Below, piece after piece: positions 1-11,573 of a stretch of DNA of 64,000 nucleotides (its first letter is position 1; the number at the start of each line of letters is the position of its first letter). The stretch is from Haliotis rufescens (Eukaryota): positions 558,001 to 622,000 of the forward strand of contig NW_025964179.1 in assembly GCF_023055435.1 (NCBI RefSeq). The letters run 5' to 3'. Under the pieces are notes generated by a model that saw nothing but the letters and a program-made list of their open reading frames with translations, was not told the DNA's origin and ran no database searches. Made by a program: the position numbers and the translations under genes.

Positions 1-1002
1 TATACTGAGTGAAGCGGCATGGGTTGAGTCCAGTGTTTTGAGTGGGTTATCGATCTGAATTACGGAATAACCGAACAAAATATGGCGCTGTATATAGTCA
101 AGCAGTTTGTTTACACCCTAATACTTCACTCGAACATATGACAGCCATTTAAAGCATATAAGCACAGCAACTTGGTAAGCTGACATGAGGTGGGCATCCC
201 TAAAGAAAACAAAGCAAGTTTTGCAAGACTTTCACTCTACATCGCACCTCACCATTATGACGTCATATTGCTCATTGTGATGCAAAAGATATGACGTCAC
301 AGTCGTACATAGAAAAGCGTCAAAATTCCAAGCTCTCTGTTGTTTCCAAAACATAATTACATTCCCTTTGTAGATTGCTATCGTGTTTTTTGCACGAAAT
401 GTATTGCCACACATCCTTTGAATATTGTAGTAAGCGCATCTGTGCATCGTAGATATAATTATTTATATATGCCTACCGACAATGACTGAAAATAGTACTA
501 TTCTATGAGTATTAGCTTCCGCTGTGAGGGGTTTATTGTGATTTAATAGCCTCTGATTGACCAATCAGAATCGAGTAAATTCTAAATTCATGGTAGAATG
601 AATATTAATATTCCATACATTTGTGTAGAACATGGTATCCTGTTAAACTATTCGTCATAAAAAGATCCACTTTGTCTGGCCAGTCAATGAGGTACATAAC
701 AGGAAAATACAAATATCCTCTGCATCTATTTATTATTAATAGAATTATATTTGAATTGTGGTCAAATAGTTTACTCATGAAACTGTTATGTATGATTAAA
801 ATTATGTGTTTAAAAAAAATAAACACTTAGATATGAAATAAACCCCCGTACTATTAAGGTACATTGAATAAATTCCATTATAATATCAACCTTAGTGAGA
901 TATGATTGGGAAGGATCAATCTTAGGTTCTGATCGTAGCGTATGGTTAACCTTAGTTTAGGTTGTTTCGTTGAGCAGTGTGCTAACCTTCACTAAGGCTT
1001 CA

Positions 1003-1290
1003 GGTTGAAATCTCAGAACTTACGATCATCGTAACCCTTAGGTTGTTTTGTGGAATGGGGCCCTGGTTGTTATCAGAATGGGGCCCTGGTTGTTATAAGA
1101 ATGGGGCCCTGGTTGTTATAAGAATGGGGCCCTGGTTGTTATCAGAACTGAAGGGTACCAGACATATTTCAGTTTGAAATCTCAGAACTTAAGATCATCG
1201 TAACCCTTAGGTTGTTTTGTGGAATGGGGCCCTGGTTGTTATAAGAATGGGGCCCTGGTTGTTATCAGAACTGAAGGGTACCAGACACAT
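1003..1290. repeat. Locally duplicated MITE end with ~22-bp tandem repeats (agaatggggccctggttgttat)
   Basis: Direct duplication of ttgaaatctcagaactta...ttttgtggaatggggccctgg at ~1005 and ~1174. The GGGCCCC terminus resembles the small element at 28606-28708. Confidence 0.55.
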
Positions 1291-1329
1291 TTTTTCAAAC
1301 CAATAAGTACTGTACTGCCCGTTTGTTGG

Positions 1330-1585
1330 TCAACATTGGTTGCCATCTCTACGTGGATAGGTACGCCTAATTGGTTGGAAAACATTCGTCAACACACTTA
1401 CCGCCGCCATCATTCAAAGACCTCGTGTTGTACATGTGGATTTTGGTGCCGAACTAACGTAAACATAATCGAGAAAAGAGCATTCCAGTGTGTAATTATT
1501 CACCAATCACAATGCAGGATTGGGAGGAAATCCATTTGCGTTTGACATGAAATTACATATTTACCGTCTAAACAGGAGGTAATGC
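1330..1585. promoter_or_regulatory. Putative bidirectional promoter / first-exon region
   Basis: Locally CpG-rich. CCAAT boxes in both orientations (ccaatc ~1503, gattgg ~1518, attggtt ~1334 and ~1370). The minus strand reads ATGATGGCGGCG|GTAAGT (YY1-like motif plus consensus donor, 1413 to 1396). Plus-strand donor GAG|GTAATG at 1579. Confidence 0.4.
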
Positions 1586-2059
1586 CTGACACAGTAATAA
1601 CTCTGCTTTGAAAGCTTTTTTGAGAATAAATAGATAGCGTACAGTAACAATCATAAGAGTGTATGGTATTGTTCGCCAGCGTATTTGATACAGTTGTAAT
1701 TTGCAATCCATATTTGACTAGTTTTTACCTGTACAATGCGCTCATACAGCATTTATCTGGATCACTGGACATCCCCATTTATGATAGGGTTGAGGCTTCT
1801 GCACTTGTGCTATGATATGACAAGGTTCTTGGAAACCAAATAAAGCATGCCTCATCACCAGCCACCACCAATATTTGTTACTATGAGTCTACTTGGATTT
1901 GCAAATAGTTAGGCCCAGGTAAGTCTCAGCTGACAGTTTCAGCATATGATTAACTGACACATCAGTTTCTTTTTTTGTGTGTTCTTCAAAAAGTTATTTG
2001 AATATTTAGCAATGTGTGCAGTGTTCGTTTGGCTCCTCTGGTAGTTGTGGCAGATAATA

Positions 2060-3475
2060 TTTTTAACTCAATTATTTAGGGTGGGTAGAATCTTTAACCA
2101 GAGTGTATAGGGTGAGCGCAGTCTTTAACCCAATTATTTAGAATGGACGCAGTCTATAACCAAAATATATAGGGTGAGCGCAGTCTTAAACCCGATTATT
2201 TAGAGTGGGTGGAATTTTTAACCAGAGTATATAGGGTGAGTGCAGTCTTAAACCCAATTATTAAGGGTGGGCGCTGTCTTTAACTCAGTTATTTAGGGTG
2301 GGAGGAATCTTTAACCAATATATTTAGGGTGGGAGGAATCTTTAACCAGAGTATTTAGGGTGGGCGTAGTCTTTAATCAAATTATTTAGGGTGGGCGGAA
2401 TCTTTAACCAGAATATATGGGGTGTGTGCAGTCTTTAGCCAAATTATTAAGGATGGGCGTAGTCTTTAACCCAATTATTTAGGGTGGGCGGAATCTTTAA
2501 CCAAAGTATATAGGGTGAGCGCAGTCTTTAACTCAGTTATTTAGGGTGGGCGGAATCTTTAACCAGAGTATGTAGGGTGAGTGCAGTCTTTAGCCAAATT
2601 ATTAAGGGTGGGAGGAATCTTTAACCAATATATTTGGGGTGGGAGGAATCTTTATCCAGAGTATTTAGGGTGGGCGTAGTCTTTAACCAAATTATTTAGG
2701 GTGGGCGGAATCTTTAACCAGAGTATATAGGGTGAGCGCAGTCTTTAACTCAGTTATTTAGGGTGGGCGGAATCTTTAACCAGAGTATGTAGGGTGAGTG
2801 CAGTCTTTAGCCAAATTATTAAGGGTGGGCATAGTCTTCAACGCAATTATTTAGGGTGGGTGGAATCTTTAACAAGAGTATATATAGGGTGAGCGCAGTC
2901 TGTAACTTAATTATTTAGGGTGGGCAGAATCTTTAACAAGAGTATATATAGGGTGGGCGTAGTCTTTAACCCAATTATTTAGGGTGGGTGGAATCTTTAA
3001 CCAATACATTTAGGGTAGGTGGAATCTTTAACCAGAGTATATAGGTTGAGCGCAGTCTTTAACTCAATTATTTAGGGTGGACGCAGTCTTTAACCGAATT
3101 ATTTAGGGTGGGTTGAATCTCTAACCAGAGTATATAGGTTGAGCGCAGTCTTTAACCCAATTATTTAGGGTGGGTGGAATCTTTAACCAATACATTTAGG
3201 GTAGGTGGAATCTTTAACCAGAGTATATAGGTTGAGCGCAGTCTTTAACTCAATTATTTAGGGTGGACGCAGTCTTTAACTTAATTATTTAGGGTGGGCA
3301 GAATCTTTAACAAGAGTATATATAGGGTGAGCGCAGTCTTTAACTCAATTATTTAGGGTGGACGCAGTCTTTAACCGAATTATTTAGGGTGGGCAGAATC
3401 TTTAACCAGAGTATATAGGGTGAGCGCAGTCTTTAACTCAATTATTTAGGGTGGACGCAGTCTTTAACCGAATTA
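2060..3475. repeat. 31-bp minisatellite with a 62-bp dimeric higher-order structure
   Basis: Alternating units agtctttaacccaattatttagggtgggcgg and aatctttaaccagagtatatagggtgagcgc. Confidence 0.95.
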
Positions 3476-3948
3476 TAAAGAATTGTTTTCCCTCATGAGT
3501 TAGAATGGCATGGCTTGTCTTGGGGTTTAAAAAGCACCTGTGTATCTTGCATTGACATTTACAACCAAATGAAAAAACGGCAGACCTAGGTTCACAGAAT
3601 CCTGTCATGCCCAAGGGATGCAACTCTGCACAGCGAATTAGGGATGCTGTCAAGTGCAAGGAAGTGAATCATAGGACTTGGCTGACTAATCAAGTCTGTT
3701 TGTAATTACTTTTTTTGGACATCATATCTGTATTGTATTTATATCTTTCAGTGTCAGATCAATATTGTCCGTATTGTACTGGGGAACATAAATACGGAGG
3801 TGGGGAGGCCATCCATAGAATACATGTCAAAACTATTCTTTCTTTTATGTTGTTTTAGGGAGCAAACATTTTACTTTCAAGGATTAGGTAGGGATATTTT
3901 CTAAAGTCCCTGTTTTTTTAAAGACAAATTATATATGCCTTCAGTTGT

Positions 3949-4655
3949 CATCTTCCAGAGGGGGCGGTCGGGTAGCCTATTGGTTAAAGCGTTTGCTCGT
4001 CACGCCGAAGACCCGGGTTCGATTCCCGACATGGGTACAATGTGTGAAGCCCATTTCTGGTGTCCCCTGCCGTGATATTGCTGGAATACTGCTAAATGGG
4101 GCGTAAAACCATACTCACTCACTCACTCATCTTCCAGAGGCAAGTGAGTTAACTGACTATAAAAGTCCAGTTTCCACCCTTGCTCAACTAGGCTGGTATT
4201 ATGGAGTTACATTTTGGCCGGACTAACGAGTCCAAGCATAGTCCAATCAAAATCGTGCAACAAAATCGAAATCTGGTTTGTAAACTTTCGTGCAAGATTT
4301 GCAAAGCATGTGCACCGCCAACTCGTTGCCAACAGATATTTTCCAAATCTTGTCATGTTTTTATTCAGGGTGCTCACGTGATTTGATGCACTTCGCGATG
4401 TAAGACCCATTTTATCTCAATATAGATCATGATTATCGATCAGATTGTACTGACTCGGCACCGCCATTTTATTTGAAACAAATGCAAGTGATACGAAAGG
4501 TGGAATCTGATTGGTCCATAGGAGAGGCTTAGAAGGGACATAAGTGGTAATAGCCACTGGTGGCGCTACAATCGAGCACAGGAATTCCAGCCTAGTTTGG
4601 CAAGGGTGGAAACTGGAATTTTAAAGTCAGTTAACTTCCTTGCCTCGGGTAGATG
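3949..4655. mobile_element. Non-autonomous DNA transposon (MITE, hAT- or P-type), interrupted by a SINE
   Basis: Imperfect TIRs of about 70 bp (catcttccagaggcaagtgagttaactgac... / ...gtcagttaacttccttgcctcgggtagatg). Exact 8-bp TSD TCAGTTGT at 3941-3948 and 4656-4663. Confidence 0.88.
3961..4129 (+). mobile_element. tRNA-derived SINE family A (~165 bp, tRNA-Asp-like head, (ACTC)n tail)
   Basis: A box tagcctattgg, B box ggttcgattcc, 14-bp TSD tcatcttccagagg; about 10 copies in the window. Confidence 0.92.
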
Positions 4656-4834
4656 TCAGTTGTAGGAAAAGAAAATAATGTGCCTTTTCTTGCAGACAAG
4701 TGTCAAAAGAATACAGTTCATTATTTTGTAAAAAAATAATAATTGAGCACATGTTTATGTTGGGAAGAATAATTTGGTTCCTAAACACTACAAACAAGAT
4801 AAATTGTTTGATAGGCATTACTTAGAAGTTGACG

Positions 4835-4930
4835 GATGACACAAATAATGGATAACAACTTTTTGACAGCCATATAAGGATCTATACCGAAACGTCGCCT
4901 TTACAGTATTAAAGAAGTTGTTATTGTGTC
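4835..4930 (+). mobile_element. Penelope-like element terminal fragment
   Basis: ccgaaacgtcgcc...attaaagaagttgtt motif shared with 8540-8610, preceded by an inverted partial copy (gacacaaataa...caactttt). Confidence 0.5.
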
Positions 4931-4964
4931 TACTTTGTTATAAACAAGATGTTTGTGTTAGCAT

Positions 4965-5242
4965 TGGTCTTCAGCAACCCATGCTTGTTCCCTTCTCCAC
5001 CCGTGAAGGTCTGGGACAGAATTTGTTTTCAGCAACCGATGCTTGCTTGTCACATGCTTGTCACATGCTTGTCACAAGAAGTTACTAACATAATCGGGTG
5101 GTCAGTCTCGTTGGTGTGGTCGATGCATGTCATCATATTCTAATTGCGTAAAACGATGCTCATGATATCAATTACTGGATTGCATGGTCCAGACTTGATT
5201 ATTTACAGATTGCGGTAACATACCAGAAATAACAAACAAGCA
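4965..5242 (+). mobile_element. Retroposon family C (no tRNA head, (AAAC)n tail), degraded copy
   Basis: cacccgtgaagg...catgcttg...ggtccagacttgattatttacaga...aacaaacaa. Confidence 0.75.
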
Positions 5243-6169
5243 AAACTTTAACTGATTTCTTTGGAGGCCTGATCCCATCCCACTCCGTCATATCAAATGT
5301 AGGCATTCAGGCTCCTCCGAGGTTTACCATATCAATGATGCTTGACTTTTCCCTTCCATGACAAATGTTGCATGATTTCAATTTGTTAATTTAATAGCAA
5401 GTGACTATTGTGGCTATTAAATTGTGTTGGTGTTATTGATACCCCAAAATTTCTTTTAAAGCCATAATAAATATATCGAGCAAGTTACAGGATTTTCAAT
5501 TCAATCAAGTAACCTACAATAGTTAGATGACCTCTGTGACCTTGTAGAAGTAGCTCCTTACACCAGACGTGTGTACATCTTGCCCAGCACTTTATTCTCA
5601 TTCAAGTTCAACCAATAAAAAGCACTTCAATTCCTTTCGCTCAAACAACCAAACAAGACCAATCCTTAAACTCGATTGGCACGGGCTGCCAACTTGGTTT
5701 GTGAAGAGGGAGATGATTAGATAATATCGAAATTATGTCCGTGCCGATATCATGCACCCATAAAGTCACTGGAGCGTGTTGCCATCATTGAGTTTATTGT
5801 TAGTGGTTTGTTTGCTATCGTGTTGATCCATTTCTCACTGGCCTTTAGTTGAATTTTTTCCCTACTTAAATGAGGGGCTAGAGGATGGGCCGGTGTTTGT
5901 TTGCTTACTGGTAATGAAGAACAGGGTCTGAGTTTGATTCTCCACTTGGTGGCGAGATCTGTTTCATGATTTGAATCATTCATTATGTGAGGCGTTTTTG
6001 GCTGATTGTTTACCTGTTGTTCAGGTCACAATACATTTGTGACTTCATCTTCAACAGTGCCAGCCTCTCTACCATACATCTTAGCCAAAATCACAGAAAT
6101 AGGTGAAATAGGGTTTCTTGCATTTATGTAGCAATGTGCATGTACTAGTCCGGACTAATGATGGTTTAG

Positions 6170-6392
6170 AGAATATGTCTTCAGTAACCCATGCTTGTCG
6201 TAAGAGGCGACTAATGGGTATCAGGTGGTCAGACTCGCTGACTTGGTATCGTATCCCAAATGCATAGATCGATGCTCATGATGTCATTCACTGGATTGTG
6301 TGGTCCAGACTCGATTATTTACAGACCTGTGTCATATAGCTGGAATATTCCTGAGTGTGGCGTTAACAAACAAACAAACAAACAAACAAACC
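6170..6392 (+). mobile_element. Retroposon family C
   Basis: catgcttgtcgtaagaggcgactaa core; gctggaatattcctgagtgtggcgttaac followed by (aaac)n tail. Confidence 0.85.
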
Positions 6393-7067
6393 AAATTGAG
6401 CTGCATGGATGCCCATGTTTTATCCCTGGCCAAGTGCCAGGCAGCTCAACAACAAGCTCCATCTTTTGGTAGGATGCGGCTGGGGATCGAACCATGGAGC
6501 TCCCTCTCTCCGGGCAGACAGTATCAGACAGTATCAGACAGGGTCCATCTGAAGCCAAGTTAAACACCAGTACTCTTTCACTTTCAACATATAAAGAGAA
6601 GTTTTGAGTTGTGTTCTTCTAGATATCACAATATGATGATCAGAAGAACTTTTGAGTTTTGAATATTTATGCAGATGTTTCCAACATATCAAATAGAGCT
6701 GAAGTTCTGGATGTCAGATTATGCTTCTTTGAGAGGCATCATTATGGAACATTATGAATCTTTTGTTTTCTGGCAGCAGTTGAAATCCTGAAAAATAATT
6801 TCTTCAAATCGTTACCAACACATTTAGAGGTGAATCTGATGCTTATGGGACCATTCTAGCTGGTCATTTATCTTTTCAAAGCAGGTACCTTAGAAATTTG
6901 GCTTTGTATTTGTGTTGTGAACATTGCAAATCATATGAGTATTATGATGTTGAGAAAAGTGGCACCTGGGGCTGTTAATAAGTTACATGATGAAATTTGA
7001 AATGCTGCCATTGATTGAAATTTACAACTGGTCAATAATTGCTCGTCATTGTTAAAGCAGTCATCAT

Positions 7068-7320
7068 TTGTTGTTTATTTGTGGGTTTTTTTGTTTAACA
7101 CCGCACTCAGCAATATGCCAGCTATATGACGGCAGTCTGTAAATAATCGAGTCTAGACAGGACAATCCAGTGATTGACATCATGAGCATCGCTCCACACA
7201 ATTGGTATACAATGACATGCATTAACCAAGTCAGTGAGCCTGATCACCCAATCCCGTTAGTCGCCTCTCACGACAAGCATAGTCACCTTTTACAGCAAGT
7301 ATGGGTTGCTGAAGACCTAT
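7068..7320 (-). mobile_element. Retroposon family C
   Basis: Reverse complement of the family C core and tail. Confidence 0.85.
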
Positions 7321-7679
7321 TTGTATTTTCCATATGCCTAAGATATAAAAACTTTTTTTGTCCCAAATAGTTGTCTATGATGGTGCAGCATTGGGTATAA
7401 GAAGCTCACAATACCTCAGAAAGTCTTCAATGAATTTATTAGTTGGTCGCATAATGAAAATGTTGTTTGTAAATTTTATGCGCCTGACCCAAATTTTGCA
7501 AAAGTAGAACATAATAGCTGTTTTATTGAAAATATGCTGTGTTTTTTTTAATAACCCTTATATTTTGTCTAAGACCTGCATCACTTTGAATTGGACTTCC
7601 AAAACAAGCTGAGACACTTTGACATAACTGATATAGTGTACAAACTGATGTTTAACCCAACTCACTCACTATACTCTGA

Positions 7680-7900
7680 TTGTTTGTTTGTTTAATGCCA
7701 CACTCAGCAATATTCTAGCTGTATGACGGCGGTCTGTAAATAATCGAGTCTGGACCAGACAATCCAATGATTGGTATCATGAGCATCTCTCCACACAATT
7801 GGGATCGATGACATGCATTACGCAAGTCAGCGAGCCTGACCATCCGATCCCGTTAGTCGCCTCTTGCACCTTTTACAGCACGCAGGGTTGCTGAAGCAGG
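7680..7900 (-). mobile_element. Retroposon family C
   Basis: Reverse complement of the family C core and tail. Confidence 0.85.
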
Positions 7901-8043
7901 GTTGCTTCAAGGGACCTATAATCTAACTGAGGTAGTTAGCCATGGTTAGTTACCTCAATTAGATTATAGACATTTAACCATGATAAGTAACACTATGTTT
8001 CATCTAAATGTAACGTTATATAATATTATTCTATCATTAGATA

Positions 8044-8323
8044 GGGGGGCACGGGTGGCCCAGTCGTCTAAGGCGCGGCAATTCGCTGTGCAGAGTTGCA
8101 TTCCTTGGGCGCGCCAGAAACCTATGATTGTGGGTTCGAATCCCAGTTCGCCCCGATTATGTTTCTAGGTTTGTCAGCACCATACCCGTGCTCGTGGGTT
8201 TCACCGAAGTGGTAAACGTCTCAGACCTGCATCACTTCGGGCTTTCCTTCCAGATGAAGCTGACACGCCATGATATAACTGGAATACTGTTAAAGGCGGC
8301 GTTAAACCCAACTCACTCACTCA
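8044..8323 (+). mobile_element. tRNA-derived SINE family B (~280 bp, tRNA-Leu-like head, (ACTC)n tail)
   Basis: A box gtggcccagtcgtctaaggcg, B box gggttcgaatccc, TSD ctat(c/a)attagatag; about 9 copies in the window. Confidence 0.9.
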
Positions 8324-8524
8324 CTATAATTAGATAGTCATTTATCTATGATAAATAACACTATGGTTCATCTAAATGTAACCTTATATAATATTATTCT
8401 ATCATTAGATAAACATTTAACCATGACAAGTAAGACTATGTTTCATCTAAATATAACATTGTTATAAGTTACATTTAGATGAAACATAGTCTTACTTATC
8501 ATGGTTAAATTTCAATAATCTAAG

Positions 8525-8810
8525 TAAGGATAAGATATATGGATGAACAACTTCTTTATTACATTAGGAGCGACGTTTCAGTGTAGGTTCTAACGCTGTT
8601 ATCAAGCAAGTGATGTACAGGGTATGGTTGACAAGTATATATACAGGATAGGAGGTAGTGTTTATACAGTTGAGTAGGTTTAAGATGCAGTTACACTGCG
8701 GGGTTGGAGAAGCCTGTTATGTTCACAGAAATTGAAACCTGTAATCTAAACAAAAGGGTCAAGCCAGTAATATAAACATCAAAAGGATTATGACTGATTT
8801 GAATCTTTGA
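8525..8810 (-). mobile_element. Penelope-like pseudo-LTR fragment with degenerate hammerhead-like motif
   Basis: Minus strand: tatatata ... cttgataa-[stem cagcgttagaacctacactg]-gaaacgtcgc ... aataaagaagttgtt. Confidence 0.55.
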
Positions 8811-11474
8811 TGAGGTATTTAACCATGATAAGTGAGACTATGTTTCATCTAAATGTAACATTGTTATATGATTATGCTTTATGAATATTGATAATATTGT
8901 ATATAATACCACGGACTCTCATTTTGTTAGCTCCTTTAGGACAACTTCATTGTGATAAAACAAAATCTATTTCTGTCAAATAAGACATTTCTTTCCAGCT
9001 TTAGTGAAGATGTGAAGTCTTTACCATAGTCAAAAACAAAAACCCTTTGAGCTGACAGAAACGGTCATGTGCTAATTGTAATTAATGATGGTATGTATTT
9101 CTGTCAGTTCGAATATTCACATTCAAACATACATGTGAAATCTTTGCTGAGAAATCATGTATTATTTGATCCCTATAAATGTTCTCAGTGCATAAAACAC
9201 ACCCTGGCCCAGAATAATATGTTATTTAAGTAATGTGAATACATGTTTGTGCATTTTAAAGTAATAATTAAAATAATTTCTGAACATATTAGAATATGAA
9301 TGAGATGTAGATCTCAGAGTAAATTATGGCTATTCTACTCTCAGACCATATTATGCTAATAATTCTTCTATTATGTAAATTTGACAATTATAATAATATG
9401 AAAGTCTGTTATATGTAAAACACCGTAGATATCTAGTTGCTATCAGCTGTGGAATATTTGACTGCTCCTGACAAAACGGCCAGTCCACATTTTCTCTCCC
9501 AGAATTGGTGTATTGATTTTTCCAAGTTGCCTGGCAACCAGACCCATTATTTGCTTAGAAACTCCATCAATTTCACTGTGTATAGATTAGTATGCCTTCC
9601 ACTACAGTCGGCAGCTGATAGGAATTTCCACATCTAATTTGGCTCCCTGATCATAAAAATTTATGAAGATATTTGCATTGGAAATGAACCTCAGTATACA
9701 CCATTGGTTGAGTGGAACAGGTTTTTCACCGGAGGTGGGATTTGACTGAAGTTATGTACAATTGATTTTAGAACTACCTGTTTAGAATAATGTATTTCCT
9801 TGATAATAAATGAGGAAATGGATTGATAAATTATCCATTTTAATCAGAATTAGTTGTACTACGGAACAAAGTGTGTGCAATCTATCGTAGTAGGGTGCTG
9901 TCACCAATAGAATGTTATTGAGCCAGATACTGGCTATGCCTGCACATGGAAGGCCCTTGTGTGATCAACATAAAAGACTTGCATGGACTGACAACTTGAA
10001 AAGCTTCTACATATCTGTTAAATGTTTTATGTATGTCGGAAAGAAAACACCCAAAAAACTTATTAATGAGGGAAAAACAATTTTTATATATCCCAGAGAA
10101 TTTATGTGTTTTGCACATTTGTATGAACTTGGTCATATTTGATACAAGCGAAACAGGAAAAGTTGGCAAAGCTAATTCTGAAAATTAAGTTGACATTTAT
10201 TTTAGTTTTGTTAAAGTGGCAGCTATTTTTGGCAGCTGTATGGTGTAACCCATGGACTACAGTGGCGCTTGTTGCATGGGTAAGACCCCCCGGGTCACAG
10301 TCGCTGTATTAGAATTCAGCCTCATGCAGTTCCATTATCAGAATCAATGCAACCACCTCGCGGAGCCTCATTATGGAAGCAGTGGATGGGGGAATATTGA
10401 GCTTCGTAAATTACATTGCATTACTCGCGGAGACCTCGCATCAATATCCTCGGTTAAATTAAGCCGGCCGTCTCCAGGGGAACATAGATTGGAAGCCTGC
10501 GCACGCCAAACATGACATTTTCAATAATTATGCTTCAAGTCCTAGCTAAATTCTCAATACATATCGTTAGTAATGGCATCTCATACGTCTTTGTCCAATG
10601 AGCAAAGGTTGTGTGATTATGGAACGGTATGGGACAACAGCAAAAAACGACAGGTTCCGTCTGAGTGCATGGGTTGGTCAAAATAATTGCACATTTATCA
10701 TTGGGGAGAGAGCATTGTGAGCCATATTGGCGTTAATTTCTTTTGAATTTTGATGAGGCAGATAATTGGAGAAACCATTAATAACAATCATGATTGAGAC
10801 TGAAAGAAGAACTATTCTTAACCATGTCAAGAATTTAAATGTAAAACTTGTGAAAATGGACATGTGTCATATGTTTGAATTGCATTTATTAAAATTAAAT
10901 GCTGTTGGATTTTATCAAGTTTAACAGTGTTATAACAAAATGGTTTAATTCACTGATGGTGGCTTGTAATGTAGAGGTTGTTGGATAATAAATGCAAGAT
11001 AGGGATTAGCTCAGCAATTCCACCAGTCCGGTTTGACCTCTAACACTGTGCTTGACACGGAAATTCATCCTTGCGCTGCTGCTAGTAGCGAATCGCGGAA
11101 TCGTATTGCCTGCTACTTAACCTAGGCTGAGCCTCTCTCTAGCAAGACACATAGTGATACATTGGATATTATTATGACAGGTAATGAACATATTATAATA
11201 ACTAAGCTTTGTTCAATGAAATATTCACAGTGGTATCAACGAATTATTAATTAGCACTATGGGTAAGTGTGAAATTCCGACATTTTGCCCCAAAATAAAA
11301 ACAAATTTGACACGATGACCAAAAGCATGAGAGCTCCATGAAGCCAGGAAGCCATCGCTGGTTCCGAGACCATTGATCGGGGAGTTATCAACTCGGCTAT
11401 GTTTTGCAGGTCCTCCGCTGGATTGAATGCTGTGCATCTGTTGACCATCATTTTGGCATCCCTGCACTCACGAC

Positions 11475-11573
11475 ATGGACACTGATTCGAACGATGGGAC
11501 AGTTACGGAAAGCCTCAATGGAGAAACAAAACCGGACCCAACAAAGCTCGCCCATTCGGCCATTATTAAGCAG
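11475..11573 (+). CDS. POU6F2: POU6 putative first coding exon (MDTDSNDGTVTESLNGETKPDPTKLAHSAIIKQ)
   Basis: gacATGG Kozak-like start with an in-frame upstream TGA at 11442-11444. 33 codons end at the strong donor CAG|GTAAGA, phase 0, which matches the phase-0 acceptor at 39812. Confidence 0.65.

Larger units (their letters stand above)
7972..8865. repeat. Direct and inverted copies of an AT-rich ~45-70 bp unit (ttaaccatgataagtaagactatgtttcatctaaatgtaac)
   Basis: Copies at ~7974, 8346, 8418 and 8819 (+) and ~8468 (-); 8416-8510 forms a long hairpin; interrupted by a SINE B and a Penelope-like insert. Confidence 0.75.

Noticed and set aside
3961-4035. Functional tRNA genes at SINE heads (families A, B, D)
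   Set aside because: No proper acceptor stem, and each continues into a shared body, tail and TSD, so they are SINEs.
7928-7958. let-7-like start (TGAGGTAG) in a palindrome
   Set aside because: The hairpin is only about 30 nt with almost no loop, and the sequence departs from let-7 after 9 nt.
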